The notes: a model not told the origin generated them from the sequence alone. A DNA stretch of 58,937 bases from an uncultured Tissierella sp. (GCA_964532845.1 CAZHLF010000001.1:2109-61045), one strand, 5' to 3'; positions 1-9,586 are shown, counted from the stretch's first letter. Program-made: numbers and translations.

Positions 1-1
1 C

Positions 2-544
2 GATTCAGAAAGTGATAGAATGACAAGGATTGTACGAGACTTATTACAGCTTTCCAATATAGATTATAACAAAACTAACTGGAAGAAAGATAATCTAGAT
101 CTTGGAAAACTCTTAATGGATATTCTAAATAAGCTTGACCTCTTAATTAAGGAAAAGAATCATATAATCACACTGGATATCCAAGAGAATCTTCCAAATA
201 TTGTAGCTGATAAAGATGGTATAGAACAGGTTATACTAAATATAATTTCTAATGCAATTAAGTACACTGAAAGCCATGGAAATATTAATATTCATCTATT
301 AAAGGATGGCTCACATATTTGCTTTAAAGTTAAAGACAGTGGTATAGGTATTCCTAAGGAAGATATGAATAGATTATTTGAAAGATTCTACAGGGTTGAA
401 AAGGGAAGAAGTCGTGAAATGGGTGGCACAGGATTAGGCCTTTCTATTGCCAAGGAAATAGTAGAAGCTCATAATGGAAGTATTGAAGTAGATAGTGTGT
501 TGGGAGAAGGAACAGAAATGACTATTAGATTACCATTAGTGTAA
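2..544 (+). CDS. walK: Sensor histidine kinase WalK/YycG, C-terminal part (5' end outside window)
   Basis: HATPase motifs NAIKY, DSGIGIP, FERFYRV, GGTGLGLSIA; frame open from base 2; followed by yycH-yycI-yycJ-htrA. Confidence 0.85.
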   Translation, partial: DSESDRMTRIVRDLLQLSNIDYNKTNWKKDNLDLGKLLMDILNKLDLLIKEKNHIITLDIQENLPNIVADKDGIEQVILNIISNAIKYTESHGNINIHLLKDGSHICFKVKDSGIGIPKEDMNRLFERFYRVEKGRSREMGGTGLGLSIAKEIVEAHNGSIEVDSVLGEGTEMTIRLPLV

Positions 545-561
545 TTTATTCTTAACTGGGC

Positions 562-594
562 TGTAATACTTCTGTAACATAGATGTGGTATATT
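562..594 (+). promoter_or_regulatory. WalR-type direct repeat TGTAAT-N5-TGTAAC followed by extended -10 (TGgTATATT)
   Basis: 562-578 matches the WalR consensus TGTWAH-N5-TGTWAH exactly; TGnTATATT at 586-594. Confidence 0.6.
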
Positions 595-654
595 AAAACT
601 ACATTAGAATGGATAATAGTATAAGTAAAATTTTTGAAAGAAGGAGGGAGAAAT

Positions 655-1140
655 ATGTGGAAGAGATTTGTAGCCTGTATTATGATAGCATTAAGCCTTT
701 TAAGCTTAAGTGGATTATCATATGCAACCAACGTAGTAGATCAGACTAAATATGAAGTTCTAAACCCCGAAAAGGCTTCTTATTCAACAAGAGACAGGGT
801 TGTTCTTATAAATGGCAAAGCTCCTTCTGGTACAGAAATTACTATAGATGTTTACGGAACTACTGATTTGACTAGAAGTGCATTTAACTTAGATAAACTA
901 CCTACTGAAAAGGACTATATTTTACTATTGACTGAAACTGTTACATCAGGAAATTTAGGATTGTATCAAAAACAAATGGATTTAGTTAAAGGAATCAATA
1001 AAATTGTTGTTAAGTTTAATGTTGAGGGTGTTGAGCCTAAGGAATTTATTGTATATGTTCATAATAGAAATAGAATTATAATAAACAGAGAATCAATAAC
1101 TAGAGAATCAAATAATACTGTTCTACCATTATTGAGATAA
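655..1140 (+). CDS. Hypothetical secreted protein, probably beta-rich/Ig-like
   Basis: RBS AGGAGGG before ATG 655; signal peptide MWKRFVACIMIALSLLSLSGLSYA. Confidence 0.75.
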   Translation: MWKRFVACIMIALSLLSLSGLSYATNVVDQTKYEVLNPEKASYSTRDRVVLINGKAPSGTEITIDVYGTTDLTRSAFNLDKLPTEKDYILLLTETVTSGNLGLYQKQMDLVKGINKIVVKFNVEGVEPKEFIVYVHNRNRIIINRESITRESNNTVLPLLR

Positions 1141-1160
1141 GAGAAGTAGGAGATGATTTT

Positions 1161-2582
1161 ATGAAAGAGAGAGTAAAGACTTTTCTCCTATTTCTATTAG
1201 TTTTTTCCAGTGTCTTCATGACTTCCAAGCTGTGGATTAAGCTGCCTGGACAGATTGGAGATATTTTTGGTTCAAATGAGGTTTTATCTGCTACCTATGC
1301 CTTATCTGACATGATTGCACCAAGTAAATACCTATTAAATTTTGACAACAAGAATCATACTATTACTTATGATGATTCCAGATATGGCATTTGGGAAAAT
1401 TCCCAAGCTGTTTTATCCAGCTTACTGGATGATGAGAACGCAATAATAGAGGAAATTACAAAGGATCAATACTTAAGATTTCATGAGCAAAGGTCCTTGG
1501 TTTTTTATTTTCCTGAAGAGATAAATACTTATATATTGGCAAAGACCTGGGGTGTTAAGTCCCCCAATGAAATAGCGGATACTATACCTGATATAAATGA
1601 AATTTATATTTATTTAGGTAACGGTAATCCTTTTTTTGTTTTTAGCGATGGAAATAGGTTTATTATGGCATTGGAAGCAAAAGTTGACACTAGATTAATA
1701 AAAGAAAATTTAATTCAAGTTGAGGAAGCTAAAAATTACGATTATTATTACTCTATGCGTGAATCTTTCGATATAGAAAGTGACATTTATATACCTTATG
1801 AGATGAACACCAGACTATCTACAATATATGTAGGTAATGAAATAGCAAACCTTGATGAGAATGAAAAGAGAAGGGTTGCTGAGAGATTCTTCAATAAGGA
1901 TATTGACTATATTAGAGAATTTGTAGAAAGCAATGGTTCCACAATTTATTCCTTTAATAACAGAGTTCTAAAGCTAAATGCCAATGGAACCTTGGAGTAT
2001 TTCCATGCAATTGAAGGTTCCTCTACAGAGAGAAATCTATATTCAAGCTTAAATACTGCAGCAGAATTTATTGCCCAAAATGCTTCAACAACTAAGGGTA
2101 TGTATCTTTCAAGTATAGATGATATTGAATTTGATGGCAACCTAGGATATAGATTATCATTTAAGTACAGAATTAGAGGAATACCTGTACATCTAGGTAA
2201 TAGAGAAGTTGGAGACTATATTCAGATAGATGTATTCAATAATCATGTAAGGAGCTATAAACTCTTAACAAGAAGAGAAGTAGATATGGGGATTACCCCT
2301 ACAATAGGAGCTAGGTCTATGATGAGTTCCATTGATATTTTGGATAAGAACTATGATTATCTGGAAAGGGAATACCTTATTCAGACAGGAATGTCTAAAG
2401 CGGAGCTTGGTGAAGATATTAAAAAAGAAGTATTAAACCTTGTTTCTGATATTTCCCTGGCCTATTACGATCCAAACCTAAAGGAGCAATCAGAGAGGCT
2501 AATAGGAGTTTGGACCATAACATTTAATAATAGAGTATATGCATTTAATGCTTTTACAGGAAATTTAGTATTTGAAAGATAG
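1161..2582 (+). CDS. yycH: WalK regulator YycH (WalH)
   Basis: N-terminal membrane anchor MKERVKTFLLFLLV, 473 aa, position in wal operon. Confidence 0.8.
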   Translation: MKERVKTFLLFLLVFSSVFMTSKLWIKLPGQIGDIFGSNEVLSATYALSDMIAPSKYLLNFDNKNHTITYDDSRYGIWENSQAVLSSLLDDENAIIEEITKDQYLRFHEQRSLVFYFPEEINTYILAKTWGVKSPNEIADTIPDINEIYIYLGNGNPFFVFSDGNRFIMALEAKVDTRLIKENLIQVEEAKNYDYYYSMRESFDIESDIYIPYEMNTRLSTIYVGNEIANLDENEKRRVAERFFNKDIDYIREFVESNGSTIYSFNNRVLKLNANGTLEYFHAIEGSSTERNLYSSLNTAAEFIAQNASTTKGMYLSSIDDIEFDGNLGYRLSFKYRIRGIPVHLGNREVGDYIQIDVFNNHVRSYKLLTRREVDMGITPTIGARSMMSSIDILDKNYDYLEREYLIQTGMSKAELGEDIKKEVLNLVSDISLAYYDPNLKEQSERLIGVWTITFNNRVYAFNAFTGNLVFER

Positions 2583-2593
2583 ATGGTGAAGAT

Positions 2594-3439
2594 ATGGATT
2601 GGTCTAAGGCTAAAACTATTTTAATAATTGCACTAATAATCACCAATACACTACTTGGCTCTGTTCTATTTTTGGATAGAAATCAAGCAGATGCTACTAT
2701 TGGGGATGAATTTGTGCTGAATTCCATTAGTCTTTTAAAAGCGAAGAATATAAATATTAATTCAGTGATTCCAGTAGATACTGAAGAGTTATTTGGGCTT
2801 ACAGTTGAATTTGAAATTCAAGATGGCTCTGATTTAAACTATCGCTTCTTTCATGGAGATGGGAAAGTTGAAGTAGACTCAGAAGGTTTATTTACACTAT
2901 CTAATGGAGACGAAACCATAAGCATTATCAATGATAAGCTGATAATGTACGAGTCAAATCCCCAGACAGAAAAATATAATATCAATTCAAGTGAAATAGC
3001 AGAGACTATAGCAAAAGATTTCTTAACCCAAAAGGGGTTCTCCACATCTGATTTAAAGCTATCCTTTATAAAGGAAAACAATGGAGTTTATAATCTGGAG
3101 TTTACAAAGATATTTGATGAAAGTTATGTAGAATCTACATTTACAAATATTCAGCTTGATAACAGAGGAGTTATAAAAATGGAAAGAAACTGGCTCAATA
3201 TGAAGGATATTGGAGCTACTAAAATTCAAATCTCTTCTGCACCAAAATCCATCTTGGCCCTGCTAAGTATGAAGGAGGTCTACGGAAAGACCATTAAGGA
3301 TATTTCTCTTTGCTATTATTTTGATCCGCAAAAGCATTCAGACACCTTAAATCCTCAGGAAGCAAAGCAAGGAACCACAACACCGGCATGGAGAATCCAG
3401 TTTGAAGATGGTTACAAAGTAATAATAGATAATTATTAG
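2594..3439 (+). CDS. yycI: WalK regulator YycI (WalI)
   Basis: Typical N-terminus MDWSKAKTILIIA, C-terminal PAWRI, synteny. Confidence 0.85.
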   Translation: MDWSKAKTILIIALIITNTLLGSVLFLDRNQADATIGDEFVLNSISLLKAKNININSVIPVDTEELFGLTVEFEIQDGSDLNYRFFHGDGKVEVDSEGLFTLSNGDETISIINDKLIMYESNPQTEKYNINSSEIAETIAKDFLTQKGFSTSDLKLSFIKENNGVYNLEFTKIFDESYVESTFTNIQLDNRGVIKMERNWLNMKDIGATKIQISSAPKSILALLSMKEVYGKTIKDISLCYYFDPQKHSDTLNPQEAKQGTTTPAWRIQFEDGYKVIIDNY

Positions 3440-3460
3440 AAGGAGTGTATGCTCCTTCTA
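3437..3460 (+). terminator. Hairpin after yycI
   Basis: TAGAAGGAG-tgtatg-CTCCTTCTA followed by T-rich run. Confidence 0.55.
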
Positions 3461-3518
3461 TTATTTTTTAAAATGTAGTATTATAGAATATGTAAAGATA
3501 AAATTTGGGGGAAGTAAA

Positions 3519-4316
3519 ATGGGGATTAAATTTTGTTCTCTTTCTAGTGGCAGCAGTGGAAATTGCCAGTATATAGAAACAGATAATGCAAAAATTATTA
3601 TAGATGCAGGTTTTAGCGGTAAGAGGCTTGAAAGCCTTCTTAGTTCAATAGGGGTCAATCCTTCTGAAATTGATGGAATATTGGTAACCCATGAACATAT
3701 TGATCATTCAATGGGTGTAGGGATAATGTCTAGAAGATATGATATTCCAATATATGCAAACAACAAGACCTGGATTGGTATGGAGACTATTATAAAAGCA
3801 ATAAAGGAAAAAAATACAAAGGTATTTATAACAGACGGGAACTTTAATATTAAGGATATTGGGATTCATCCCATAACTGTATATCATGATGCCCTAGAGC
3901 CTGTTGGGTATGTATTGTATCATGAGAATCATAAGTTAAGCATAGTAACCGACACTGGCTGGATAGATGATAGGATTAGAAATGAAATTAAAAATTCTCA
4001 TCTATATTATATGGAATCAAATCATGATGTGAAAATGCTAAGGGAGGGAAGCTATCCTTGGCCTTTAAAGCAGAGAATAATGAGTAACCACGGACATCTT
4101 TCCAACGATGATGCAGGAGTGATTCTCGGAGATGTACTCTCTGGTAATAGAGAGATTGTTCTACTTGGGCATTTAAGTCAGGATAATAATCTACCTGAGT
4201 TAGCCTATAATACAGTAAGAGAGGGTATACTAAGTCAGGGTTTAGATGTAGATAATGATATATATTTAAATGTGTCTTATAGAGACAGGGCAACGGAAAT
4301 ATTTATTATAGGGTAG
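3519..4316 (+). CDS. walJ: Metallo-beta-lactamase-fold hydrolase WalJ/YycJ
   Basis: SGSSGN, THEHIDH, ESNHD, GHLSN motifs; synteny. Confidence 0.9.
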   Translation: MGIKFCSLSSGSSGNCQYIETDNAKIIIDAGFSGKRLESLLSSIGVNPSEIDGILVTHEHIDHSMGVGIMSRRYDIPIYANNKTWIGMETIIKAIKEKNTKVFITDGNFNIKDIGIHPITVYHDALEPVGYVLYHENHKLSIVTDTGWIDDRIRNEIKNSHLYYMESNHDVKMLREGSYPWPLKQRIMSNHGHLSNDDAGVILGDVLSGNREIVLLGHLSQDNNLPELAYNTVREGILSQGLDVDNDIYLNVSYRDRATEIFIIG

Positions 4317-4327
4317 GAGGTTTTTAA

Positions 4328-5473
4328 ATGGATAGATATAACTATCAAGGCTTTAATAGACCACCAAGAAGAAGAGGAATAATTTCTTACTTATTAGTTG
4401 CAATAATCGCAGGAATACTAGGGGGAGTAATTTCGGTATATATTGCTCCAAATTACCTTTATGGAAAGATAATTCCTACTCCAGAGTTATTTCTAAACAA
4501 AACTCCAACCAGAGTTGAAGAAATAGTAATTCAGCCTCAGGAAAACCCAACAGCTACTCAAGCGGTAGCTAAGAAGGCAATAAGCTCAGTAGTTGGAATA
4601 ACTGCAGTTCAAATGCAAAGAGAATTCTTTTGGACAAGACCTGTAGAAGGAGTAGGCTCAGGTGTAGTTGTAAATAGCAATGGGTATATTCTGACCAATT
4701 CTCATGTTATTGGTAACGGCGAAGGTAAGGACATAAAGGTCCTTTTTGAAAATGGGGATGAAATGGATGGGCAGGTTCTTTGGTTTGATCAAGCTTTGGA
4801 TTTAGCTGTTGTGAAAGTCAATGGACAAAATTTCCCTACTGCATTTTTAGGAAATTCAGACCTACTTGAGGTTGGAGAGCTGGCAGTTGCCATAGGAAAT
4901 CCTTTGGGACTTGATTTTCAAAGATCTGTAACTTCAGGAGTAATATCAGGACTTCATAGATCAGTTCAAATAGACCAATACAATGTAATTGAGGATTTAA
5001 TTCAAACCGATGCGTCCATCAATCCTGGAAATAGTGGTGGACCGCTATTAAATTCCATGGGAGAAGTCATTGGGATAAATACAGCAAAGATACAAACCGG
5101 TGAAGGACTGGGATTTTCTATACCTATAAATTTAGCAAAGCCAATCGTGGAGGAAATTATTAGAGAAGGTGGATTCAACAACGTATATATTGGATTTACA
5201 GGCAGTGACATAGAAATATTTGAAAGACAATACGGAATAGAATTAAGTTCAGATCTTGGGGTAGTTGTTTTAGAGGTAGTACCTGATTCACCAGCTGCCA
5301 AGGCAGGGTTAGTGCCTCAGGATGTAATAACACATATAGACAATGAACCTATTGAAAGTATGGTTACCCTTAGGAAATTACTATATAACTATAGATTGGG
5401 AGATAAGGCTACTCTTACAATTGTCAGGGGAAATAATACACAAAAGTTGAATATCACATTTACTGAATTTTAG
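4328..5473 (+). CDS. htrA: HtrA-family serine protease with PDZ domain
   Basis: TNSHV, DLAVVK, INPGNSGGPL; single TM; C-terminal PDZ. Confidence 0.9.
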   Translation: MDRYNYQGFNRPPRRRGIISYLLVAIIAGILGGVISVYIAPNYLYGKIIPTPELFLNKTPTRVEEIVIQPQENPTATQAVAKKAISSVVGITAVQMQREFFWTRPVEGVGSGVVVNSNGYILTNSHVIGNGEGKDIKVLFENGDEMDGQVLWFDQALDLAVVKVNGQNFPTAFLGNSDLLEVGELAVAIGNPLGLDFQRSVTSGVISGLHRSVQIDQYNVIEDLIQTDASINPGNSGGPLLNSMGEVIGINTAKIQTGEGLGFSIPINLAKPIVEEIIREGGFNNVYIGFTGSDIEIFERQYGIELSSDLGVVVLEVVPDSPAAKAGLVPQDVITHIDNEPIESMVTLRKLLYNYRLGDKATLTIVRGNNTQKLNITFTEF

Positions 5474-5483
5474 GGAGGTAACT

Positions 5484-6236
5484 ATGAAGATACTACTTAC
5501 AAATGATGACGGCATAATGGCTGATGGGATATATACAATGGCAAAGGAGTTAGAAAAGGATTATGAGGTAATAATCATTGCCCCAGAGACTCAGAAAAGT
5601 GCACAAAGCCATGCAATAACCCTTCATAAACCTTTAATTATAAAAGAAGTAAGTTTAAGTGGAATCAAATCTAAAGCATATAGTGTCTCAGGAACACCTG
5701 CTGACTGTGTTAGGGCTGGAATTGATGCAATAATAAAGGACAAAATAGATTTGGTTGTATCTGGAATAAATCTTGGGCTAAATTCTGGAATGGATATTAT
5801 TTATTCTGGGACTGTTTCTGCAGCAGTTGAGGCCAATATCTACAACATTCCATCCATAGCAGTTTCAGCAGAGTGGATGCAGGGAACTGCAAATTACAAA
5901 ATTGCTGCAAAATATGCAAAGAAGATTCTTGAGGAAACTAAGGAGAAACTATTAAAATCAAAACTTTTATTAAATATTAATACACCATATGAATTAAATG
6001 ATGTAAATAAGGAACTGAAAGTCTGTCCAATTGGCGGAGCAATCTTAGACTATTATTTCATGGAAGAACAGGAGAATGGTGAGCGTTCTTTGACCCTAAA
6101 AGGACGAAGGGAAACTCAGTTGGAAGAAGGTACAGATAGATATTATCTTTCCAAAGGTTTTGCTACACTAACTCCATTAAGATATGATTTATCAAATTTC
6201 AATCTTATAGATATTGTAAGTGAATGGTTTGAGTAA
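5484..6236 (+). CDS. surE: 5'/3'-nucleotidase SurE
   Basis: ILLTNDDG, GTPADC, VVSGIN, YSGTVSAA. Confidence 0.95.
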   Translation: MKILLTNDDGIMADGIYTMAKELEKDYEVIIIAPETQKSAQSHAITLHKPLIIKEVSLSGIKSKAYSVSGTPADCVRAGIDAIIKDKIDLVVSGINLGLNSGMDIIYSGTVSAAVEANIYNIPSIAVSAEWMQGTANYKIAAKYAKKILEETKEKLLKSKLLLNINTPYELNDVNKELKVCPIGGAILDYYFMEEQENGERSLTLKGRRETQLEEGTDRYYLSKGFATLTPLRYDLSNFNLIDIVSEWFE

Positions 6237-6315
6237 ATATTGAATATTTCCTTCTTTAGTGGGTAATTATGATTTAATCAAGAGATTACAATATTTGATT
6301 ATATAGGAGGTTTCC

Positions 6316-6828
6316 ATGGAAAAAAGAGAAGGATTAGTAATAATGGGCGGAGAGCCTATGACATTATTGGGTAAAGAGATTAAGGTTGGGGACAAAGCCC
6401 CTGATTTTACTGTATTGAAACAAGATGGTAGTGCATATACTTTAAAGGATGCAGGAAGTGCTGTTAAGATAATTAGTGTTGTTCCATCAGTAGATACAGG
6501 AGTTTGTGAGCTTCAAACCATTACTTTTAACGAAGCAGCTGCTGAACTAGGGGACGTAGTAATACTAACTATATCTGTAGATTTACCATTTGCATTAAAA
6601 AGATTCTGTGGAGCACATGGAATTGATAAGGTGATTACACTTTCAGACCATAAGGATCTTTCTTTTGGCTTAAGTTATGGCTTTGTTATGGAAGAAAAGA
6701 GACTTTTATCAAGGGGAGTAGTAGTACTGGACAAAAACAACATTGTACAACATGTTGAATATGTAGCTCAAACGGGAACTCCACCTGATTTTGACAAAGC
6801 TATTGAAGCAGCAAAAAAATTAATCTAG
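6316..6828 (+). CDS. tpx: Thiol peroxidase Tpx
   Basis: VPSVDTGVC, SVDLPFALKRFC. Confidence 0.95.
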   Translation: MEKREGLVIMGGEPMTLLGKEIKVGDKAPDFTVLKQDGSAYTLKDAGSAVKIISVVPSVDTGVCELQTITFNEAAAELGDVVILTISVDLPFALKRFCGAHGIDKVITLSDHKDLSFGLSYGFVMEEKRLLSRGVVVLDKNNIVQHVEYVAQTGTPPDFDKAIEAAKKLI

Positions 6829-6836
6829 GCGTATAT

Positions 6837-6868
6837 GACGGTGCAAAATATCTTGTGCCGTCTTTTTT
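6837..6868 (+). terminator. Intrinsic terminator after tpx
   Basis: GACGGTGCAA...TTGTGCCGTC followed by T6. Confidence 0.7.
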
Positions 6869-6869
6869 C

Positions 6870-6981
6870 ATGACCTAACCCGATTTGCAGTGTAGTTCTG
6901 AAAATCGATGGTAGGTCAGATGCAGTCAATTCAAATCTGTGCGAAAGAAGTGAGCAAACAGATTTGTGATAAAGACTGCAT
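6870..6981 (+). repeat. Dispersed ~110-nt two-hairpin repeat, copy 1 of 3
   Basis: ATGACCTAACCCGATTTG...AAATCGATGGTAGGTCAGATGCAGTC...GACTGCA; homologous to 19884-19991 and 55502-55612. Confidence 0.85.
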
Positions 6982-7022
6982 AATAAGTGCTTTAATATTT
7001 TATTCTTATTGGAGGGGTTATT

Positions 7023-7829
7023 ATGAAAAAGGCTGTAGATGTTGAGTTTAACATCTTTGGTGATGACATGCAGTTTGTTGAAATTATGCTGGATCCATCA
7101 GAGAGTCTTATTGCTGAGGCTGGCGCAATGATGTATATGGACAATTCCATTGTAATGGATGCCATATTTGGTGACGGCTCAGGCAGAGACGAAGGCAAGG
7201 GACTTATGGGTAAAATGCTTGGCGCAGGAAAGAGAGTTGTTACAGGAGAAAGTCTATTTATGACAGAGTTCATAAACAGAGATCATGAAAGAAGAGCTGT
7301 TGCATTTGCAGGACCTTATCCTGGTAAAATAATTGCTTTGGATATTGGAGACTATAATGGAGAAATAATCTGTCAGAGAGACTCATTCCTTTGTGCAGCA
7401 AAGGGCATATCAATAGAAATTGCATTCCAAAAGAATATAGGAGCAGGCTTATTTGGTGGTGAAGGCTTTATTATGCAAAGATTGGTCGGAGATGGTTTAT
7501 CATTTTTACATGCAGGTGGTTCTATAATTAAGAAGGATTTACAGCCTGGAGAGGTTTTTAAGCTGGATACGGGATGCCTAGTAGCAATGACAAATACAAT
7601 AAATTACAATGTAGAGATGGTAGGAAACATAAAATCGGCACTATTTGGAGGAGAAGGACTATTTCTAGCTACACTTAGAGGTCCGGGTACAATTTGGATG
7701 CAGTCATTACCTTTTAGTAGATTTGCAAGGAAGATTTATTCACAAGGACAAAAGGGTAGAGCAAGCGGCAAAGGTGAAGGTAGTCTACTTGGAGGAATTG
7801 GACTAGGAGACATATTTGGAAACGACTAA
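7023..7829 (+). CDS. TIGR00266 / AIM24-family protein
   Basis: AEAGAMMYM, TGESLF, FGGEGF, GPGTIWMQSLP. Confidence 0.9.
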   Translation: MKKAVDVEFNIFGDDMQFVEIMLDPSESLIAEAGAMMYMDNSIVMDAIFGDGSGRDEGKGLMGKMLGAGKRVVTGESLFMTEFINRDHERRAVAFAGPYPGKIIALDIGDYNGEIICQRDSFLCAAKGISIEIAFQKNIGAGLFGGEGFIMQRLVGDGLSFLHAGGSIIKKDLQPGEVFKLDTGCLVAMTNTINYNVEMVGNIKSALFGGEGLFLATLRGPGTIWMQSLPFSRFARKIYSQGQKGRASGKGEGSLLGGIGLGDIFGND

Positions 7830-7844
7830 TCCCCCCTTATCATA

Positions 7845-7875
7845 GGACACTTCGTTGCTTTTGGGCGGGGTGTCC
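7845..7875 (+). terminator. Hairpin after TIGR00266 gene
   Basis: GGACACTTCG...CGGGGTGTCC. Confidence 0.55.
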
Positions 7876-7889
7876 ATTTACGTTAAGTG

Positions 7890-8160
7890 AACAACAAAAA
7901 AATAGTGGATTATTAAGCACTAAATGTGAAGGTCAATTTTTGCAGAGGAGACCTTTGGTTGTCTGAAGGCAATAATGATCAACTAAAACTGTGATTCTGA
8001 GACTGGCATTATAACGAGGTGCATATATCTCCCGCTTCTGTAAGCAGTCAATCTTCAACAGGTGGGGGTCTTAATCACTCACCTCGTTGCAGCGGAAGGT
8101 AGAAACTGCAAGCAGTTTCATCAAAGCTTGAATAAATTATATCGAAGAATCTCGGGCTAT
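7890..8160 (+). ncRNA. Putative structured non-coding element, possibly IS200/IS605-derived (omegaRNA/PATE-like remnant)
   Basis: Several stems: AAGGTC/GACCTT, TTTGGTTG/CAACTAAA, AACGAGGTG/CACCTCGTT, GAAACTGC/GCAGTTTC; partial second copy at 13189-13240(-); family assignment rests only on recalled resemblance. Confidence 0.4.
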
Positions 8161-8192
8161 AAAAGATAAAAAATAAATAAAGGTAGGCTACT

Positions 8193-8672
8193 ATGAACAT
8201 AAGATTAATTACAGTAGGAAAAATAAAAGAAAAGTACATACAGGAAGGTATTAAAGAGTATTCAAAGAGATTGTCACGATATTGCTCTCTTGATATTGTT
8301 GAAATAGATGATGAAAAAGCCCCTGAAAACCTTTCTGACAAGGAAATGGAAATGGTCAAGCAAAAAGAAGGGGAAAGAATAGTTTCCAAGATCCCACAGA
8401 ATTCCTATGTCATTTCTTTAGTTATAGAGGGAAAGCAGCTATCATCTGAAGAGTTAGCAGTGAAAATTGAATCTCTTATGGTTGAGGGTATTAGTGATAT
8501 TACCTTTATAATAGGAGGTTCACTAGGTCTTTCAGATGAAGTAATCTCAAGAAGCAACTTCAAACTATCCTTCTCCAAAATGACATTTCCTCATCAGTTG
8601 ATGAGGATGATATTATTGGAGCAGATATATAGAGCATGGCGAATCATTAAAAACGAACCGTACCATAAATAG
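8193..8672 (+). CDS. rlmH: 23S rRNA pseudouridine1915-N3 methyltransferase RlmH (OrfX)
   Basis: [37 protein letters not shown]. Confidence 0.97.
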   Translation: MNIRLITVGKIKEKYIQEGIKEYSKRLSRYCSLDIVEIDDEKAPENLSDKEMEMVKQKEGERIVSKIPQNSYVISLVIEGKQLSSEELAVKIESLMVEGISDITFIIGGSLGLSDEVISRSNFKLSFSKMTFPHQLMRMILLEQIYRAWRIIKNEPYHK

Positions 8673-8683
8673 GTACGGTTTTT
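8656..8683 (+). terminator. Terminator overlapping the last codons of rlmH
   Basis: AACCGTACC-ataaata-GGTACGGTT-TTT. Confidence 0.65.
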
Positions 8684-8824
8684 AATTTCCCAAACTAATT
8701 TTAGATTCTGGATGATTACTTAAAACTTAGTTTTCAATACACCTTTTGATATAGATATGTTAAAATGAAATAGTTATAATATCAAGTAGAAGTTATTAAA
8801 AATTACAACAAGGAGATATCCATA

Positions 8825-9586
8825 ATGGTAACAGAGGAATTACTATGTAGTGTACTGGACATTGGAGAGCAGATGCTAGTTAACGGTGCTGAGATCAACA
8901 GAGTTGAAGATTCGATAAAACGTATCTGTCAATCCTATAATGCAAAACGGGTAGATGTTTTCACTATTACATCAAGTATTGTTGTAACCTTACAAAAACA
9001 AGATGGTAGTACCTTTACTCAAACTAGAAGAATTCATAAATACTCTACTAACCTAGAGATGGTGGACAAGCTTAATAACCTTTCCCGTTATATTTGTAAT
9101 AACCAACCTGAATCAGATTATATAATTAATGAGTTAGTGAAAATAAATAATGGAAAAACCTATAGTCTTTCCGTTCAATATGCTAATTATGCTATGATTG
9201 CCAGCGCTTTCACTATTTTTTTCGGAGGAAGCTTAAGTGATGCCTTGGCTTCTTCAGTAATAGCTGTTCTTTTAAAACTATCAAATACTATAGCACAAAA
9301 AGTTGATACAAATACACTATTTATTAATATAATTTCTTCATTTATAGTTGGTTTGTTTGCAATTTTCTCTGTTAGGTTAGGAGTTGGCGAAAGTATAGAT
9401 AAGATTGTTATAGGGAACATAATGTTAATGATTCCAGGTATTGCTTTTACAAATTCTATTCGTGATATAATCAATGGAGATACTATATCTGGACTATTTA
9501 GACTTAGTGAGGCGATAGTTATATCATTATCAATTGCAGTAGGATTTGGTATAGCATCAATTGTATTTGGAGGTATACTTAAATGA
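8825..9586 (+). CDS. Threonine/serine exporter family (ThrE) protein
   Basis: GAEINRVEDS, multiple TM segments, IPGIAFTNSIRD. Confidence 0.85.
   Translation: MVTEELLCSVLDIGEQMLVNGAEINRVEDSIKRICQSYNAKRVDVFTITSSIVVTLQKQDGSTFTQTRRIHKYSTNLEMVDKLNNLSRYICNNQPESDYIINELVKINNGKTYSLSVQYANYAMIASAFTIFFGGSLSDALASSVIAVLLKLSNTIAQKVDTNTLFINIISSFIVGLFAIFSVRLGVGESIDKIVIGNIMLMIPGIAFTNSIRDIINGDTISGLFRLSEAIVISLSIAVGFGIASIVFGGILK

Noticed and set aside
7890-8160. Identification as 6S, tmRNA, SRP or RNase P RNA
   Set aside because: Lacks their diagnostic termini and conserved motifs; a partial duplicate elsewhere argues for a repeat family
8075-8389. 104-aa minus-strand ORF
   Set aside because: Antisense shadow of rlmH and the structured element; no recognisable domain
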